Positions 26,608 to 36,473 of a DNA stretch of 64,000 nt are shown here, piece after piece. The stretch is taken from contig JBFGZE010000008.1 of assembly GCA_041586955.1 (NCBI GenBank), positions 1-64,000 on the forward strand, given 5' to 3'. A program made the translations under genes and the position numbers. The notes under the pieces are model-generated. The model saw nothing but the letters and a program-made list of their open reading frames with translations. It searched no databases and was not told where the DNA came from. Position 1 is the first letter of the stretch, and each line of letters opens with the position of its first letter. The stretch comes from Bacteriovoracaceae bacterium. Its GTDB lineage: Bacteria; Bdellovibrionota; Bacteriovoracia; Bacteriovoracales; Bacteriovoracaceae.

Positions 26608-27300
26608 CTATTCTGAAGCAACATCTCTCTCTGGTACGTAATAAATTGTAAAACCGGCAAAAATTAAATTTGGATCTTGAATTAATGGCCGGTTATTGTT
26701 GTAAATAGAGCGCCATTTTTTAGCAGTTCCATATTTATCCACCGAAATGGTACCCAAAGTGTCACCTCTTTTAATAAGATATGGCAACCCGTTGGGGCTC
26801 CAAACAAATTCCTGAGCTGGCCTATTATACTTAATCATATCACCGGTATTCAGGTTAATACCCAAATTGTTAAACGATCTCAACTCTCTCCATCGACGAT
26901 AATCTCCATAGATTTTGAATGCAATAAGCATCCAGGTATCACCGTTTTTGACACGATATTGGCCAACACCACCAGCAATTTCAACGCCTGGGCCTACCGG
27001 TGCAGATGCAATCCCTTGTGCAGGAGCAATCTCTTCCTCATTTTCATAGGCTTCTTTCGCGACATTTTCAGGCTCACCACCTTCATCTACTTCTGCGATC
27101 TCTTCCTCATCGACGGCAACCTCTTCGCCAGTTTCTCCGTCTTCAGTAACTAATTCTTCATCTTCGGCATCAACAATAAAGTCTGCATCATCTACTGTTT
27201 CTTCCATGCTTTGTTCATCTTTAGCTGTTTTCCGTTTGCTGTTAGAACATCCCACACTAAATAAAAGGGATAACACCATAAGCAATTTCAGTAATTTCAT
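26608..27300 (-). CDS. LysM-domain lipoprotein (two LysM domains, acidic linker)
   Basis: Lipobox VGC; E/D-rich linker; YRVKNGDT..IA..YG and YLIKRGDTL..IS...YG...W..IY..N...I.DPNLI. Confidence 0.9.
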   Translation of the reverse strand: MKLLKLLMVLSLLFSVGCSNSKRKTAKDEQSMEETVDDADFIVDAEDEELVTEDGETGEEVAVDEEEIAEVDEGGEPENVAKEAYENEEEIAPAQGIASAPVGPGVEIAGGVGQYRVKNGDTWMLIAFKIYGDYRRWRELRSFNNLGINLNTGDMIKYNRPAQEFVWSPNGLPYLIKRGDTLGTISVDKYGTAKKWRSIYNNNRPLIQDPNLIFAGFTIYYVPERDVASE

Positions 27301-27460
27301 AAGACACTCCTGTTCTTTTTTCTCAACAAACTTCTCGTCAGAAATAACTCCATATTTAACCTTTATCTGATAACCGGAAAAAAGTTCGCCCGTCCAATTT
27401 GGTCAGGTTTAATTATTATTACCTAGCTTTGATTAAACTGTAGTATTACAATTATTGAGT

Positions 27461-28426
27461 ATGAAAATAATTCTAGTTTTTTTATTATCCCTGACTCATG
27501 TCCAGTCCTTTTCTCAAGACATTCTTGATGAACTTAACCAGGATACACCTGTCCAGATCCAAGAACTTCCCGAGGAGACAGTCCTCAAGCTTAGTCCTTC
27601 TGGCCGAATACTTGTCCTCTCTTATAAAAGTGAATCTTTTCATAAAGGTGATTTTATCACTCTTGTTTCTGAAGGTAAGCCTTTCTTACGTTGCCTCGTG
27701 GCCAAAATTGATAACCAGAACTCCGGCATTAAGGTTCTTAAAATTTATGACCTCGATATTTGGAAGCGCTTTGCCCCTGGCCAAAGTGTTAAAATTTTTA
27801 GGGGTGATGATCGCGCCCTCTTTACTCAAATCAAGTCTGAACAAAAAAAAGACTCTTTAGATAATGAACACCAAGACCTCTTTAATGAAGCAGCTATTAT
27901 TGATGAGAAGCTCGAAATAGAAGAGCATGGGCGCCGTCTTATTAAAACAGATAATATTGTTTCTGGTCTATTTAATAGAATCGAGGCCCTCTCATTAGAA
28001 CAAACATCACAACGCTATAGTCAACTAGGCGTTTCTTGGCAATATCAAGTCGATGATAATATGTGGGGGGAGTTTCTTTTTGGGCAAAGTCTTATCGAAA
28101 ATTATCCCGACGTGGGACTGGACACTAAATTAACCAATATCACAATCCGCCTAAAATATACTTTTAAAGCTCCACTATACTCCTTTTTGCAGCCATATTT
28201 CGGGCTACAAGTGATTAACCCATCTAGCCCGGGAGCAGGTGTTGATGATCCAACAGATCCACAGGACCCTAGTGTTCTTGCTCGTGATATCCAAAGAATT
28301 GATGCTCTTAAGAAAACTTCTCTTATTTTTGGGATAACCGTGCTAAAACGATTAGTGCCAGGGTGGTTCGCTCGTTTCGACCTTGGTACAGATATCATTA
28401 ATGGGGGCTTTGGATTTGAATTTTAA
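27461..28426 (+). CDS. Secreted protein with probable C-terminal outer-membrane beta-barrel
   Basis: Signal peptide; alternating beta-strand pattern; ends GFGFEF. Confidence 0.6.
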   Translation: MKIILVFLLSLTHVQSFSQDILDELNQDTPVQIQELPEETVLKLSPSGRILVLSYKSESFHKGDFITLVSEGKPFLRCLVAKIDNQNSGIKVLKIYDLDIWKRFAPGQSVKIFRGDDRALFTQIKSEQKKDSLDNEHQDLFNEAAIIDEKLEIEEHGRRLIKTDNIVSGLFNRIEALSLEQTSQRYSQLGVSWQYQVDDNMWGEFLFGQSLIENYPDVGLDTKLTNITIRLKYTFKAPLYSFLQPYFGLQVINPSSPGAGVDDPTDPQDPSVLARDIQRIDALKKTSLIFGITVLKRLVPGWFARFDLGTDIINGGFGFEF

Positions 28427-28589
28427 AATAGTGATTGTCACCTTTTTAATAATAATGTCTTTTACGGGATGCGGCGTCAAGCTACCTCCAAAACCCAGTG
28501 CAGACTCAATTATTCCCAGCTACCAAGGAAATTTCCTTGTTCAAGCAATAGAAGAAAATACTGATCAAAAAGATTCTAAAAAAGAATGA
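28416..28589 (+). CDS. Small lipoprotein (LptM/YifL-like)
   Basis: TTG start with GGGGG RBS; lipobox TGC followed by G.K.PP. Confidence 0.55.
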   Translation: MNFKIVIVTFLIIMSFTGCGVKLPPKPSADSIIPSYQGNFLVQAIEENTDQKDSKKE

Positions 28590-29050
28590 GCTTAATCATC
28601 TCCATTGGCAGCAACCAGGGTCATCGGCTTAAATTCCTTGGGCAGGCGAAAGTCCTTCTCAATGAGAAGTTCCAGCTAATCGCAGAAAGCCAAGTCTATG
28701 AATCATTTGCGGTAGACTATACCAATCAGCCCCATTTCCTTAACCAAATTCTTGAATATCAAACACCTAAGATGGATGGAGAATCCATTTTACGTATTTG
28801 CCAAGAAATAGAGATAGTACTGGGGCGCATCCGCACAATAGCTAAGGGCCCTCGTACTATAGACATCGATATCCTTTTTATTGATGACCTATCTCAGCAA
28901 AGTGCGGCGTTAACCATACCCCACTCTGAAATTCAAAACCGAGAATTTATCCTCAAGCCTCTTGCTGAGCTCCCTTCCTTTCCCTATCTTGCCAAGAAAT
29001 TTAATTTAATCGTTCTCGATAATAAGCAGGCCTGGCCGCTTTCTTCCTGA
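28586..29050 (+). CDS. folK: 2-amino-4-hydroxy-6-hydroxymethyldihydropteridine diphosphokinase
   Basis: IGSN.G, Q..FLN, GPRTIDIDIL, LTIPH, R.F.L.PL. Confidence 0.93.
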   Translation: MSLIISIGSNQGHRLKFLGQAKVLLNEKFQLIAESQVYESFAVDYTNQPHFLNQILEYQTPKMDGESILRICQEIEIVLGRIRTIAKGPRTIDIDILFIDDLSQQSAALTIPHSEIQNREFILKPLAELPSFPYLAKKFNLIVLDNKQAWPLSS

Positions 29051-29115
29051 TGCAGCGAAGATTTACGATCTATTAGCTTGAAGTATTATTAACTCATGGA
29101 AAAGATAAAAAGGAA

Positions 29116-29124
29116 TGGTATAAT
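29116..29124 (+). promoter_or_regulatory. Extended -10 element upstream of etfB
   Basis: TGGTATAAT, about 70 bp before etfB, which has an AAGGAG RBS. Confidence 0.45.
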
Positions 29125-29192
29125 TGAAACGTTTTTTAGACTTAATCTAGTCTCACAATTTTATCTTCGTCATCATAAGTAAAGGAGACATA

Positions 29193-29981
29193 ATGAATAT
29201 TTTTGTTTGTGTTAAACAAGTACCAGACACAGAAACTAAAGTTATCCCCACAGGAGACGGCTCTTACATCGAAACAAGTTCAGTAAAATGGATTATGAAC
29301 CCGTACGATGAATTTGCAGTAGAGCAGGCACTATTACTTAAGGCCTCTAATCCAGGATCGACCGTCACTGTAGTACGCGTTGGTGGTGTTAAAGACACAG
29401 AGGCCCTCAGAACTGCCATGGCCATGGGAGCTGATGAGGCCATACTCGTTGAGAGTATTGATAATTTAGATAGTTATATGATTGCCAAATCAATAAAAGG
29501 TGCTATTGAGAAGTCAGGAAAAACTGCTGATCTTATTCTTGCAGGTAAGCAGGCCATCGATGATGATTGCTTACAGGTGCCACAGCTTCTAGCTCAAATG
29601 CTAGACCTCCCCTCTGTTTCCATCGCTGTCGGGTTTGAAGCGAATGGAAATGATATTGTTGCCAAAAGAGAAATTGAAGGCGGCGCAATTGAAGTTTATA
29701 ACCTTTCAACTCCCTGTCTCGTTGCTTGCAATAAAGGACTAAATACTCCTCGCTACGCTTCTCTACCAGGAATTATGAAAGCGAAGAGAAAGCCTCTCAC
29801 CCAACTTTCACTTTCAGATGTCGGCGTCTCTGATGACGACAGAAGAGTTGTTTACTCAGATTTTCAATTGCCTCCTGAAAAACCCGCAGGCAAAAAATTT
29901 GAGGCCACAGACGAGGCCAAGCAACCTGAAATTGTAAAAGAAGTTGTTCAACTTTTAAGAAATGAAGCAAAAGTAATTTAA
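29193..29981 (+). CDS. etfB: Electron transfer flavoprotein beta subunit
   Basis: VCVKQVPD, MNPYDEFAVE, AGKQAIDDD, NTPRYASLPGIMKAK. Confidence 0.96.
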   Translation: MNIFVCVKQVPDTETKVIPTGDGSYIETSSVKWIMNPYDEFAVEQALLLKASNPGSTVTVVRVGGVKDTEALRTAMAMGADEAILVESIDNLDSYMIAKSIKGAIEKSGKTADLILAGKQAIDDDCLQVPQLLAQMLDLPSVSIAVGFEANGNDIVAKREIEGGAIEVYNLSTPCLVACNKGLNTPRYASLPGIMKAKRKPLTQLSLSDVGVSDDDRRVVYSDFQLPPEKPAGKKFEATDEAKQPEIVKEVVQLLRNEAKVI

Positions 29982-29992
29982 AGGAATCTATA

Positions 29993-30952
29993 ATGGCCAA
30001 TATACTCGTTTTTACAGAATCGACTAACCAACATGTAAAATCCGTGACTCTTGAAATTTTAGGTAAACTAAATGGTCAAACTACGGACGTTATTCACATC
30101 GGAGATCTTTCAGAAGAATCTATTCAAGAGCTCGCCAAACATGGTGCTCAAAATATTCATATCCTGAAAAATGACCAATTAAACAATTACTCTCCTGAAG
30201 GGTATGCCAATGCTCTTAGCAATTTTATCAAAGCAAACTCTTATGATTATGTTTTTGGTGGTGCAACTTCAGCTGGAAAAGATTTCTTTCCTCGATTAGC
30301 TGGAATGTTTGATGCAGGCATGGCCAGTGAAGTCGTTAACTTTCTTTTTGAAAATGATGAATTTCACGGAACACGCCCACTTTTTGCTGGGAAATGTCTC
30401 GCTAAAGTTAAAATTCAAGGGCCGAAGCCCCACTTTGTCACTGTTAGACCCAATGCCCTAGGCTTACCTGAAAGCCCGGAAGCTGGTAGCGGTAATAAGA
30501 ACGAAGTAGCTGCAGATTCTGGCAGTATTCGAGCGACAATTAAAGAAATTATTAAGGGCGCATCAGAAAAGCTCGATCTAACCGAAGCCAATATTATTGT
30601 TTCTGGTGGACGCGCTATGAAAAATGCAGAAAACTTTAAAATTTTAGAAGAACTTGCAGATGTACTTGGTGCCACAGTTGGTGCTTCTCGAGCTGCAGTT
30701 GATTCCGGCTATGCTCCCCATGCGATGCAAGTAGGCCAGACGGGTAAAACCGTTTCTCCTTCTCTTTATATTGCCTGTGGAATTTCTGGGGCCATTCAAC
30801 ATCTTGCCGGTATGCGGACCTCGAAAGTTATCGTCGCCATCAATACTGATCCTGATGCCCCCATATTTACAAAAGCAGATTACGGAATCGTTGGTGATTT
30901 ATTTCAAATTGTTCCAATTCTTAAAGAAGAACTTAAGCTATTATTAAAATAA
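29993..30952 (+). CDS. etfA: Electron transfer flavoprotein alpha subunit
   Basis: [40 protein letters not shown]. Confidence 0.96.
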   Translation: MANILVFTESTNQHVKSVTLEILGKLNGQTTDVIHIGDLSEESIQELAKHGAQNIHILKNDQLNNYSPEGYANALSNFIKANSYDYVFGGATSAGKDFFPRLAGMFDAGMASEVVNFLFENDEFHGTRPLFAGKCLAKVKIQGPKPHFVTVRPNALGLPESPEAGSGNKNEVAADSGSIRATIKEIIKGASEKLDLTEANIIVSGGRAMKNAENFKILEELADVLGATVGASRAAVDSGYAPHAMQVGQTGKTVSPSLYIACGISGAIQHLAGMRTSKVIVAINTDPDAPIFTKADYGIVGDLFQIVPILKEELKLLLK

Positions 30953-30965
30953 TTAGTTAAATTTC

Positions 30966-30993
30966 AAAAGGCCGTAGAAATACGGCCTTTTTT
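30966..30993. terminator. Bidirectional intrinsic terminator
   Basis: AAAAGGCCGTA-GAAA-TACGGCCTTTTTT between convergent genes. Confidence 0.9.
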
Positions 30994-30994
30994 C

Positions 30995-32041
30995 TTAGAA
31001 CTGGTAACCGAGCTCATGGTTTTCTGGTTTTGCCCTAGATTGATCTCTCTCATCTCTCACTTCGACATCCATTTCTTTTTCTTTCTTTAATTTTTCACTT
31101 CTTTCTTCATTCTCTTTTGCTATTTCCTTTTTTTCAAGAAATACTTCATAGGCTTCTTCTGTCACAATATTAATGATCGCATTTTGCAGCGGACCTGTGC
31201 CAAAACGAATACGAAACCCATCTTTTCCATTTGCTGTAATAATACCACTTACTATCTTATTATCGAGATTAAGGCCTGAAAAGACTCCTCCATCTTTAAT
31301 CTCCCCTTCAAGAGACAAGGCCTGTGTTTCTTTTTTAGATCCTAAATGAAGAACTATTTCTTGAATATAAATCTCACCATTTTGTATAACAACCTTACCT
31401 TCAAGTTTATCTGATCCAACGATATCCCTTGATCGCAAGGTGTCTAAAGCATTTATAATATAATATTCGCCATCATTAAGGTTAGGAACACCTTTAATTT
31501 TATTATTATCCTTATTATTCTGAGAATCTGATTGAACAGCGAGTTTTTCTTCTTCAAGGTTTCTTTTAATAACCCGCCTTGCTTCAATTCTTTCATATCC
31601 ACCGTTAAACTCTTTAACTAAGGCAATCGTTGTTTCTGATAAAAAGAAAACTTGGTAAAGCTGGTCTTCGTCACCATCAATTCTTACATAATCTTCCTCA
31701 TTTATCATTGTATGTTGAAAGTCGACAATTATTTCAGATAATTGGTCTTCTTCATTATTGTATTTGTCAAAGTGAACCTCGGAGTTTTCATCGAGAATAC
31801 GCATAATTTCCCAAGTACCATTAACGTGACTTGGATCTGTAATTTTTAAAACTTTAATTTTTGGCCGACTTGAAGCAATGACTCTTGGGGCGGATTCCTC
31901 TAGCTCATATCCAAGTATTGATTCTTCACTAAAATCCTGATCCCGATAGAAGTTACTCCCGCCAAATTGGGCCGCAAAGGTCACAATGGAAAATAAACTT
32001 CCAATAATAACAATGCGTTTTTTATTCAGTTGCCCAAACAT
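30995..32041 (-). CDS. Hypothetical exported protein
   Basis: N-terminal KKR + hydrophobic segment; beta-rich body; AAGGAG RBS; sigma54 promoter upstream. Confidence 0.7.
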   Translation of the reverse strand: MFGQLNKKRIVIIGSLFSIVTFAAQFGGSNFYRDQDFSEESILGYELEESAPRVIASSRPKIKVLKITDPSHVNGTWEIMRILDENSEVHFDKYNNEEDQLSEIIVDFQHTMINEEDYVRIDGDEDQLYQVFFLSETTIALVKEFNGGYERIEARRVIKRNLEEEKLAVQSDSQNNKDNNKIKGVPNLNDGEYYIINALDTLRSRDIVGSDKLEGKVVIQNGEIYIQEIVLHLGSKKETQALSLEGEIKDGGVFSGLNLDNKIVSGIITANGKDGFRIRFGTGPLQNAIINIVTEEAYEVFLEKKEIAKENEERSEKLKKEKEMDVEVRDERDQSRAKPENHELGYQF

Positions 32042-32073
32042 AGCTTTAACTCCTTATACGATACCTAAGTATG

Positions 32074-32089
32074 TGCAAGGAGCATGCCA
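32074..32089 (-). promoter_or_regulatory. Sigma54 (-24/-12) promoter
   Basis: TGGCAT-GCTCC-TTGCA matches TGGCAY-N5-TTGCW with exact spacing. Confidence 0.8.
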
Positions 32090-32235
32090 CGGTGAGATAT
32101 GGTTAAATTTTAATCAAACTTAGACGAAAAAGCCTACAATTTATTGATTTTGCGTCCATATAGAAATGAAAGAGGAAAACTCTTTAAAAAGATGGATGTT
32201 TAAACTTTAGGCAGTTTTTCAAAATATGCGCAAAT

Positions 32236-32427
32236 TTAATCGAGATGCGGACTTTTGCCTTCGTAATCAGCGTGACTCGCGCGGAAGCGCTTAAGAGCAA
32301 TAACAACAAGCTCGTCTAACGTAATGCCTGTATGCTTGGCCATTTTCTCCATGCTTTCTACAACTTCTTTTTCGAGATTAACGTTGAGCTCTTTGAGTTC
32401 ACCTTGATTATGAGATTGTGTTTTCAC
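32236..32427 (-). CDS. Small ribbon-helix-helix (CopG-like) protein
   Basis: LNVNLEKEVVESMEKMAKHTGITLDELVVIALKRF fits the RHH pattern; GAGGA RBS. Confidence 0.6.
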   Translation of the reverse strand: MKTQSHNQGELKELNVNLEKEVVESMEKMAKHTGITLDELVVIALKRFRASHADYEGKSPHLD

Positions 32428-32448
32428 CTATTCTTCCTCATTTCAAAA

Positions 32449-32988
32449 TTATTCTTTTGCACTATTATTATAACTTTTTATAGCAATACAACCATCTTTT
32501 TTTAATTTAAATAAGTTTTCAATAATTTCCATTTCGAAAAAGCCTGATGCTGATACAAGCTGTGAGAGCGTCATTGGACCAACTAATAAATTCAAAAGAT
32601 TAGACTCTATAAACGAGCTTTTAACTTTACCCTGTTTGCGATAAAATAAAAGTTCTTTAGAGGGTAGATATTTCTGCAACTTTTGTAGGCGCTTAAGAAT
32701 CGACTCTACCTCTCCCTTAATCATCTTTATAGACAAATTAAAATCCGCAGTAGCGACAGTCAATTCTGGTTCCGAAATAAAGCTATAGAGGTGGGGATTT
32801 TTCAAAGTGTCGAGAAGGAATAGATAAAATAGTTTTTCCCCTCGTCTTTCACGGTATTCAAACTGAATAATTTCTGCACGAGAAAGCCAAATAACACCAA
32901 GGTGCCTTTGACTTTCTTTATCATGAATATTAATTTTGCCGACAAATCCTTTTGCGGACTTCTCTTCAAGAATAGAGATCAGTTTCAT
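32449..32988 (-). CDS. DUF4388/PatA-N-like protein with C-terminal winged-helix-like segment
   Basis: G.I.I......G.I....G.I pattern; C-terminal TLSQLV..SG..E..I...L..L...G.I. Confidence 0.5.
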   Translation of the reverse strand: MKLISILEEKSAKGFVGKINIHDKESQRHLGVIWLSRAEIIQFEYRERRGEKLFYLFLLDTLKNPHLYSFISEPELTVATADFNLSIKMIKGEVESILKRLQKLQKYLPSKELLFYRKQGKVKSSFIESNLLNLLVGPMTLSQLVSASGFFEMEIIENLFKLKKDGCIAIKSYNNSAKE

Positions 32989-34118
32989 TTATTAAAAAGT
33001 TTACTAAAAAATCCCTTTTTTTCACTAGTTTTATTAAAGTATTTTTCCACCGAATAGGCCAAATCAAGATATGACTTCCATATTGAATGGCCTTCATAAA
33101 TATTCTGAGACATATAAGGTGTCCCTAAATCCGAACAGCTTCTTAGGTCAATATCAATAGGTAATTGACCTATAAAAGGTACTTCTAAATCTTGGCAGAC
33201 TTCTTTAGTCCGGCTTTCTCCAAATATGTAGTATTTCTTTTCAGATTCTTCTGTCACGAAATAACTCATATTCTCCACCATTCCCATGGTCGGAATTTTA
33301 ACCTTGGTAAACATATTAATGCCTTTAATAGTATCTTTAAGGGCCAAATTTTGAGGAGTTGTAACAATAAGGGCAGCATCAATCTCTGTTAATTGAGTCA
33401 TGGATAATTGCACATCACCCGTTCCCGGAGGGAGGTCTAATATCAGATAGTCCAATTCTCCCCAATCAACATCAAAAAAGAATTGATTGAGAACTCCTCC
33501 CAACATAGGACCACGCCAAATAACGGCATCCCCTTCAGGTATGAAAAACCCAAAGCTCATAAATTTAACTCCGTCTTTCTCAACAGGAAGGATTTTCTTC
33601 GATTCGCTCGCAATTGGCTTGGCATCAGTCTTACCAATCAGGGTCGGGACACTTGGACCATAAATATCCGCATCCAATACCCCCACCTTATTGCCGGCCT
33701 TGGTCAGAGCATAGGCCAAATTAACTGCGACGGTGCTTTTACCGACTCCACCTTTACAAGAACTCACCGCTAGGACTTTCCCAACACCTGGAATTCTTTT
33801 CTTATTTGCCCCTACAGGGCCATGACCGGCCTGTAGATTGGCCTTACTCTCAGGTTTTTGCTTCTCTTGGGTGACCTCAGGCCGATCCGTCGAAACCGTT
33901 TTAAGGGTAATCTCATCAAAGCCTGCTGCCGCTAGTTTTGTGCGAAGCTCACCCTCAAGTGCTCTCTTTTGCTGGGGATCAATTCCATCGCGTCTATATT
34001 CAATAATAAGCTCTGAGTCCTGGCCATTTATCGACACTAGACGCGACTCGTCAAAAAGACTCTTACTAGTATTGGGATTAGTTACTTCTTTAAATACAGC
34101 TTCTACTTTTGATTGCAT
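32985..34118 (-). CDS. mrp: Mrp/NBP35 (ApbC) Fe-S carrier ATPase
   Basis: SCKGGVGKST, DADIYGPS, WRGPM, DLPPGTGD, VTTPQ, ENMS; GGAGG RBS before ATG 34118. Confidence 0.92.
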   Translation of the reverse strand: MQSKVEAVFKEVTNPNTSKSLFDESRLVSINGQDSELIIEYRRDGIDPQQKRALEGELRTKLAAAGFDEITLKTVSTDRPEVTQEKQKPESKANLQAGHGPVGANKKRIPGVGKVLAVSSCKGGVGKSTVAVNLAYALTKAGNKVGVLDADIYGPSVPTLIGKTDAKPIASESKKILPVEKDGVKFMSFGFFIPEGDAVIWRGPMLGGVLNQFFFDVDWGELDYLILDLPPGTGDVQLSMTQLTEIDAALIVTTPQNLALKDTIKGINMFTKVKIPTMGMVENMSYFVTEESEKKYYIFGESRTKEVCQDLEVPFIGQLPIDIDLRSCSDLGTPYMSQNIYEGHSIWKSYLDLAYSVEKYFNKTSEKKGFFSKLFNK

Positions 34119-34238
34119 GGATCCTCCGGACATATATGTTACATTTATCAAACTTTGAATAAAAACGTCGAGAAATTGTTTCTTCTAGGCAAAAAAGATT
34201 CTTATTACTGAAATGAAGAGATCGATTATAATAAAACT

Positions 34239-34778
34239 ATGAAAGAAAAAGACTATAAAAGACGAATCATTTTAATCGACAAACCCTTTCAAATTAAAAT
34301 TTCACTTTTAAGTGTTATTTTTGTGCTCGTGACAACCCTGCCCTATATGCTCAGTATTAAGGAATTAATATTCTTTACTGCAAAGATACTACAGCCAAAC
34401 TCTATTGAAGCTCTAGCGGAAATGAAAAATTCCATTATCGTGCTTCTAGCTTCTTGGCAGATAATGACATGTGGCCTTGTATTTCTTTTCTTTATCTTTC
34501 TCACCCATAAAATTGCAGGCCCAATATATAAAATTAAAAAGGAACTACAAACTTTTAGAAAAACTCATATCTATACCCCGATCATTTTAAGAAAGGGCGA
34601 TTATTTTAGTGAACTAAGTGAAATCCTAAATGGACTTCTCTCACAGGGAACATTGACCGAGCGTATCCATCAGGAACAAAAGGATCTTTTAATGAAAGAG
34701 CTTAATGATCTAGAGAACCTTGATGATATTAATGCAATCAAAGAAAGGATCAATCAGATAAAAAAGAACCTGGATTAA
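34239..34778 (+). CDS. Two-TM HAMP-like membrane protein
   Basis: RR..LID..FQ, two TMs, THKIAGPIY...LRKGDYF.EL. Confidence 0.65.
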   Translation: MKEKDYKRRIILIDKPFQIKISLLSVIFVLVTTLPYMLSIKELIFFTAKILQPNSIEALAEMKNSIIVLLASWQIMTCGLVFLFFIFLTHKIAGPIYKIKKELQTFRKTHIYTPIILRKGDYFSELSEILNGLLSQGTLTERIHQEQKDLLMKELNDLENLDDINAIKERINQIKKNLD

Positions 34779-35884
34779 ACATTAAACCTAAAATGGATGA
34801 CATCCCCATCTTGAACAAGATACTCTTTACCTTCAATCCTTAACTTTCCTTCCTCTTTAACCTTTTGCTCAGACCCGAGCTTAAAAATATCCTCACAATG
34901 GAAAATTTCGGCCTTAATAAACCCTCTTTCAAAATCAGTATGGATAACGCCAGCTGCTTCAGGCGCTTTGGCCCCATCTCTAAATGTCCAAGCACGAACT
35001 TCTTGCTTACCGGCGGTAAAATAAGTACGAAACCCTAACATATCATAGGCCATGACTGTTAATTCCTCTAGCCCCGACTTTTCAATACCTGCCGCCTCCA
35101 TAAATTCTTTTTTGTCTTCTTCATCATCTAGAGAAGCTATTTCAGATTCCAATTTACCACATAATTTTAATGTCAAGGAGCCATCTTTTTCAGCAAATTC
35201 TTTTACATATCTAACAAGATCATTATCTTCTAACATTCCCTCTTCATCGACATTACAAAGATAAAGAACCTTTTTAAGAGTGATTAGGTTGAGATCTTCA
35301 ATAAGTGCAAGCTCCTCTTTATTTAAATCTGCAGTTTTTGCAGATTCACCTTCTTCTAAAATCACTTTTAAATTTTCGAGTACTGGCTTCAAGGCCTTTG
35401 CTTTATTTGAAATTTCTTTATTTTGGCTTTTCATTTGTTTTGGAAGATTCGTCAGCTTTTTATCCACGACTTCCAGATCTGCTAAGGCCAATTCCATATT
35501 GATAATACTAATGTCTTCGACAGGATTCACAGCTCCGTTAACGTGCACTACTTCTGTGTCTTCAAAGCAACGTACAACGTGAATGATTGCATCGACCTGG
35601 CGAATATGCCCTAAAAATTGGTTCCCAAGACCTTCCCCTTTAGAAGCCCCTTTAACAAGACCCGCAATATCTACAAACTCAACACTTGCAGGAATTGTCT
35701 TATGCGGATCCATTAATTCCGTTAGTTTTTTAAGTCGATTATCTTTAACATCGACAATTCCCACATTGGGCTCGATTGTACAAAAGGGGTAATTTGCAGC
35801 TTCTGCTGGTGCCGCCGTCACGGCCTTAAAGATAGTTGATTTTCCAACATTAGGTAGTCCTACAATTCCACAATTTAAACTCAT
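34775..35884 (-). CDS. ychF: Redox-regulated ATPase YchF
   Basis: GIVGLPNVGKST, ANYPFCTIEPN, DIAGLVKGASKGEGLGN, TGS domain ending FRFNV. Confidence 0.97.
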   Translation of the reverse strand: MSLNCGIVGLPNVGKSTIFKAVTAAPAEAANYPFCTIEPNVGIVDVKDNRLKKLTELMDPHKTIPASVEFVDIAGLVKGASKGEGLGNQFLGHIRQVDAIIHVVRCFEDTEVVHVNGAVNPVEDISIINMELALADLEVVDKKLTNLPKQMKSQNKEISNKAKALKPVLENLKVILEEGESAKTADLNKEELALIEDLNLITLKKVLYLCNVDEEGMLEDNDLVRYVKEFAEKDGSLTLKLCGKLESEIASLDDEEDKKEFMEAAGIEKSGLEELTVMAYDMLGFRTYFTAGKQEVRAWTFRDGAKAPEAAGVIHTDFERGFIKAEIFHCEDIFKLGSEQKVKEEGKLRIEGKEYLVQDGDVIHFRFNV

Positions 35885-35892
35885 ATTATCCT

Positions 35893-36465
35893 CTAAATTA
35901 GTTTCTTTTTACTATATTTTTGCGCGGCTTTGGAAAAACCATTATCGATATATTCCTTAAGGGCCTGGCCTGCTTTATCCATATATGTTTCAAAGACACA
36001 TTGCTCATCATTTGAAAACTTCCCTAACACGTACGAGGAAACATTTCCATGGGTGGGCCTACCAATTCCTAGTCTCATGCGAAGAAACTCTTGAGTGCCG
36101 CATTCTTCCTTAATGGATTTTAGACCATTATGACCAGCTAATCCACCGCCCCGTTTGAAAGTAATAACGCCATAGTCAAGATCTAGTTCATCATGAATCA
36201 CAATAACCTTATCAATTGGTATTTTATAAAAGTTTAAACAAAGCGCAACGCTTCTACCACTTAAGTTCATAAAAGTATTAGGCGTTAAAAAATAGAATGT
36301 TTTGCCATCACTACGATAATTACTCAATAAACCTTTATATTTTTCTACCCAGCGCAAATTAAATCCGCCCTCGACGCGACCCAGTAACTGCCAAGCAATA
36401 TTATGCCTTGTTTGAGAATATTCGCTACCGGGGTTTCCAAGCCCAACAATTAAATAATTTGACAT
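35893..36465 (-). CDS. pth: Peptidyl-tRNA hydrolase
   Basis: VGLGNPG..Y..TRHN, TFMNLSG, HDELD, GHNGLKSI, R.GIGRP. Confidence 0.96.
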   Translation of the reverse strand: MSNYLIVGLGNPGSEYSQTRHNIAWQLLGRVEGGFNLRWVEKYKGLLSNYRSDGKTFYFLTPNTFMNLSGRSVALCLNFYKIPIDKVIVIHDELDLDYGVITFKRGGGLAGHNGLKSIKEECGTQEFLRMRLGIGRPTHGNVSSYVLGKFSNDEQCVFETYMDKAGQALKEYIDNGFSKAAQKYSKKKLI

Positions 36466-36473
36466 GTTTTACC

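Noticed and set aside
27020..27200. Repetitive-looking DNA in the LysM gene
   Set aside because: Reflects the Glu/Asp-rich linker codons, not a DNA repeat or CRISPR
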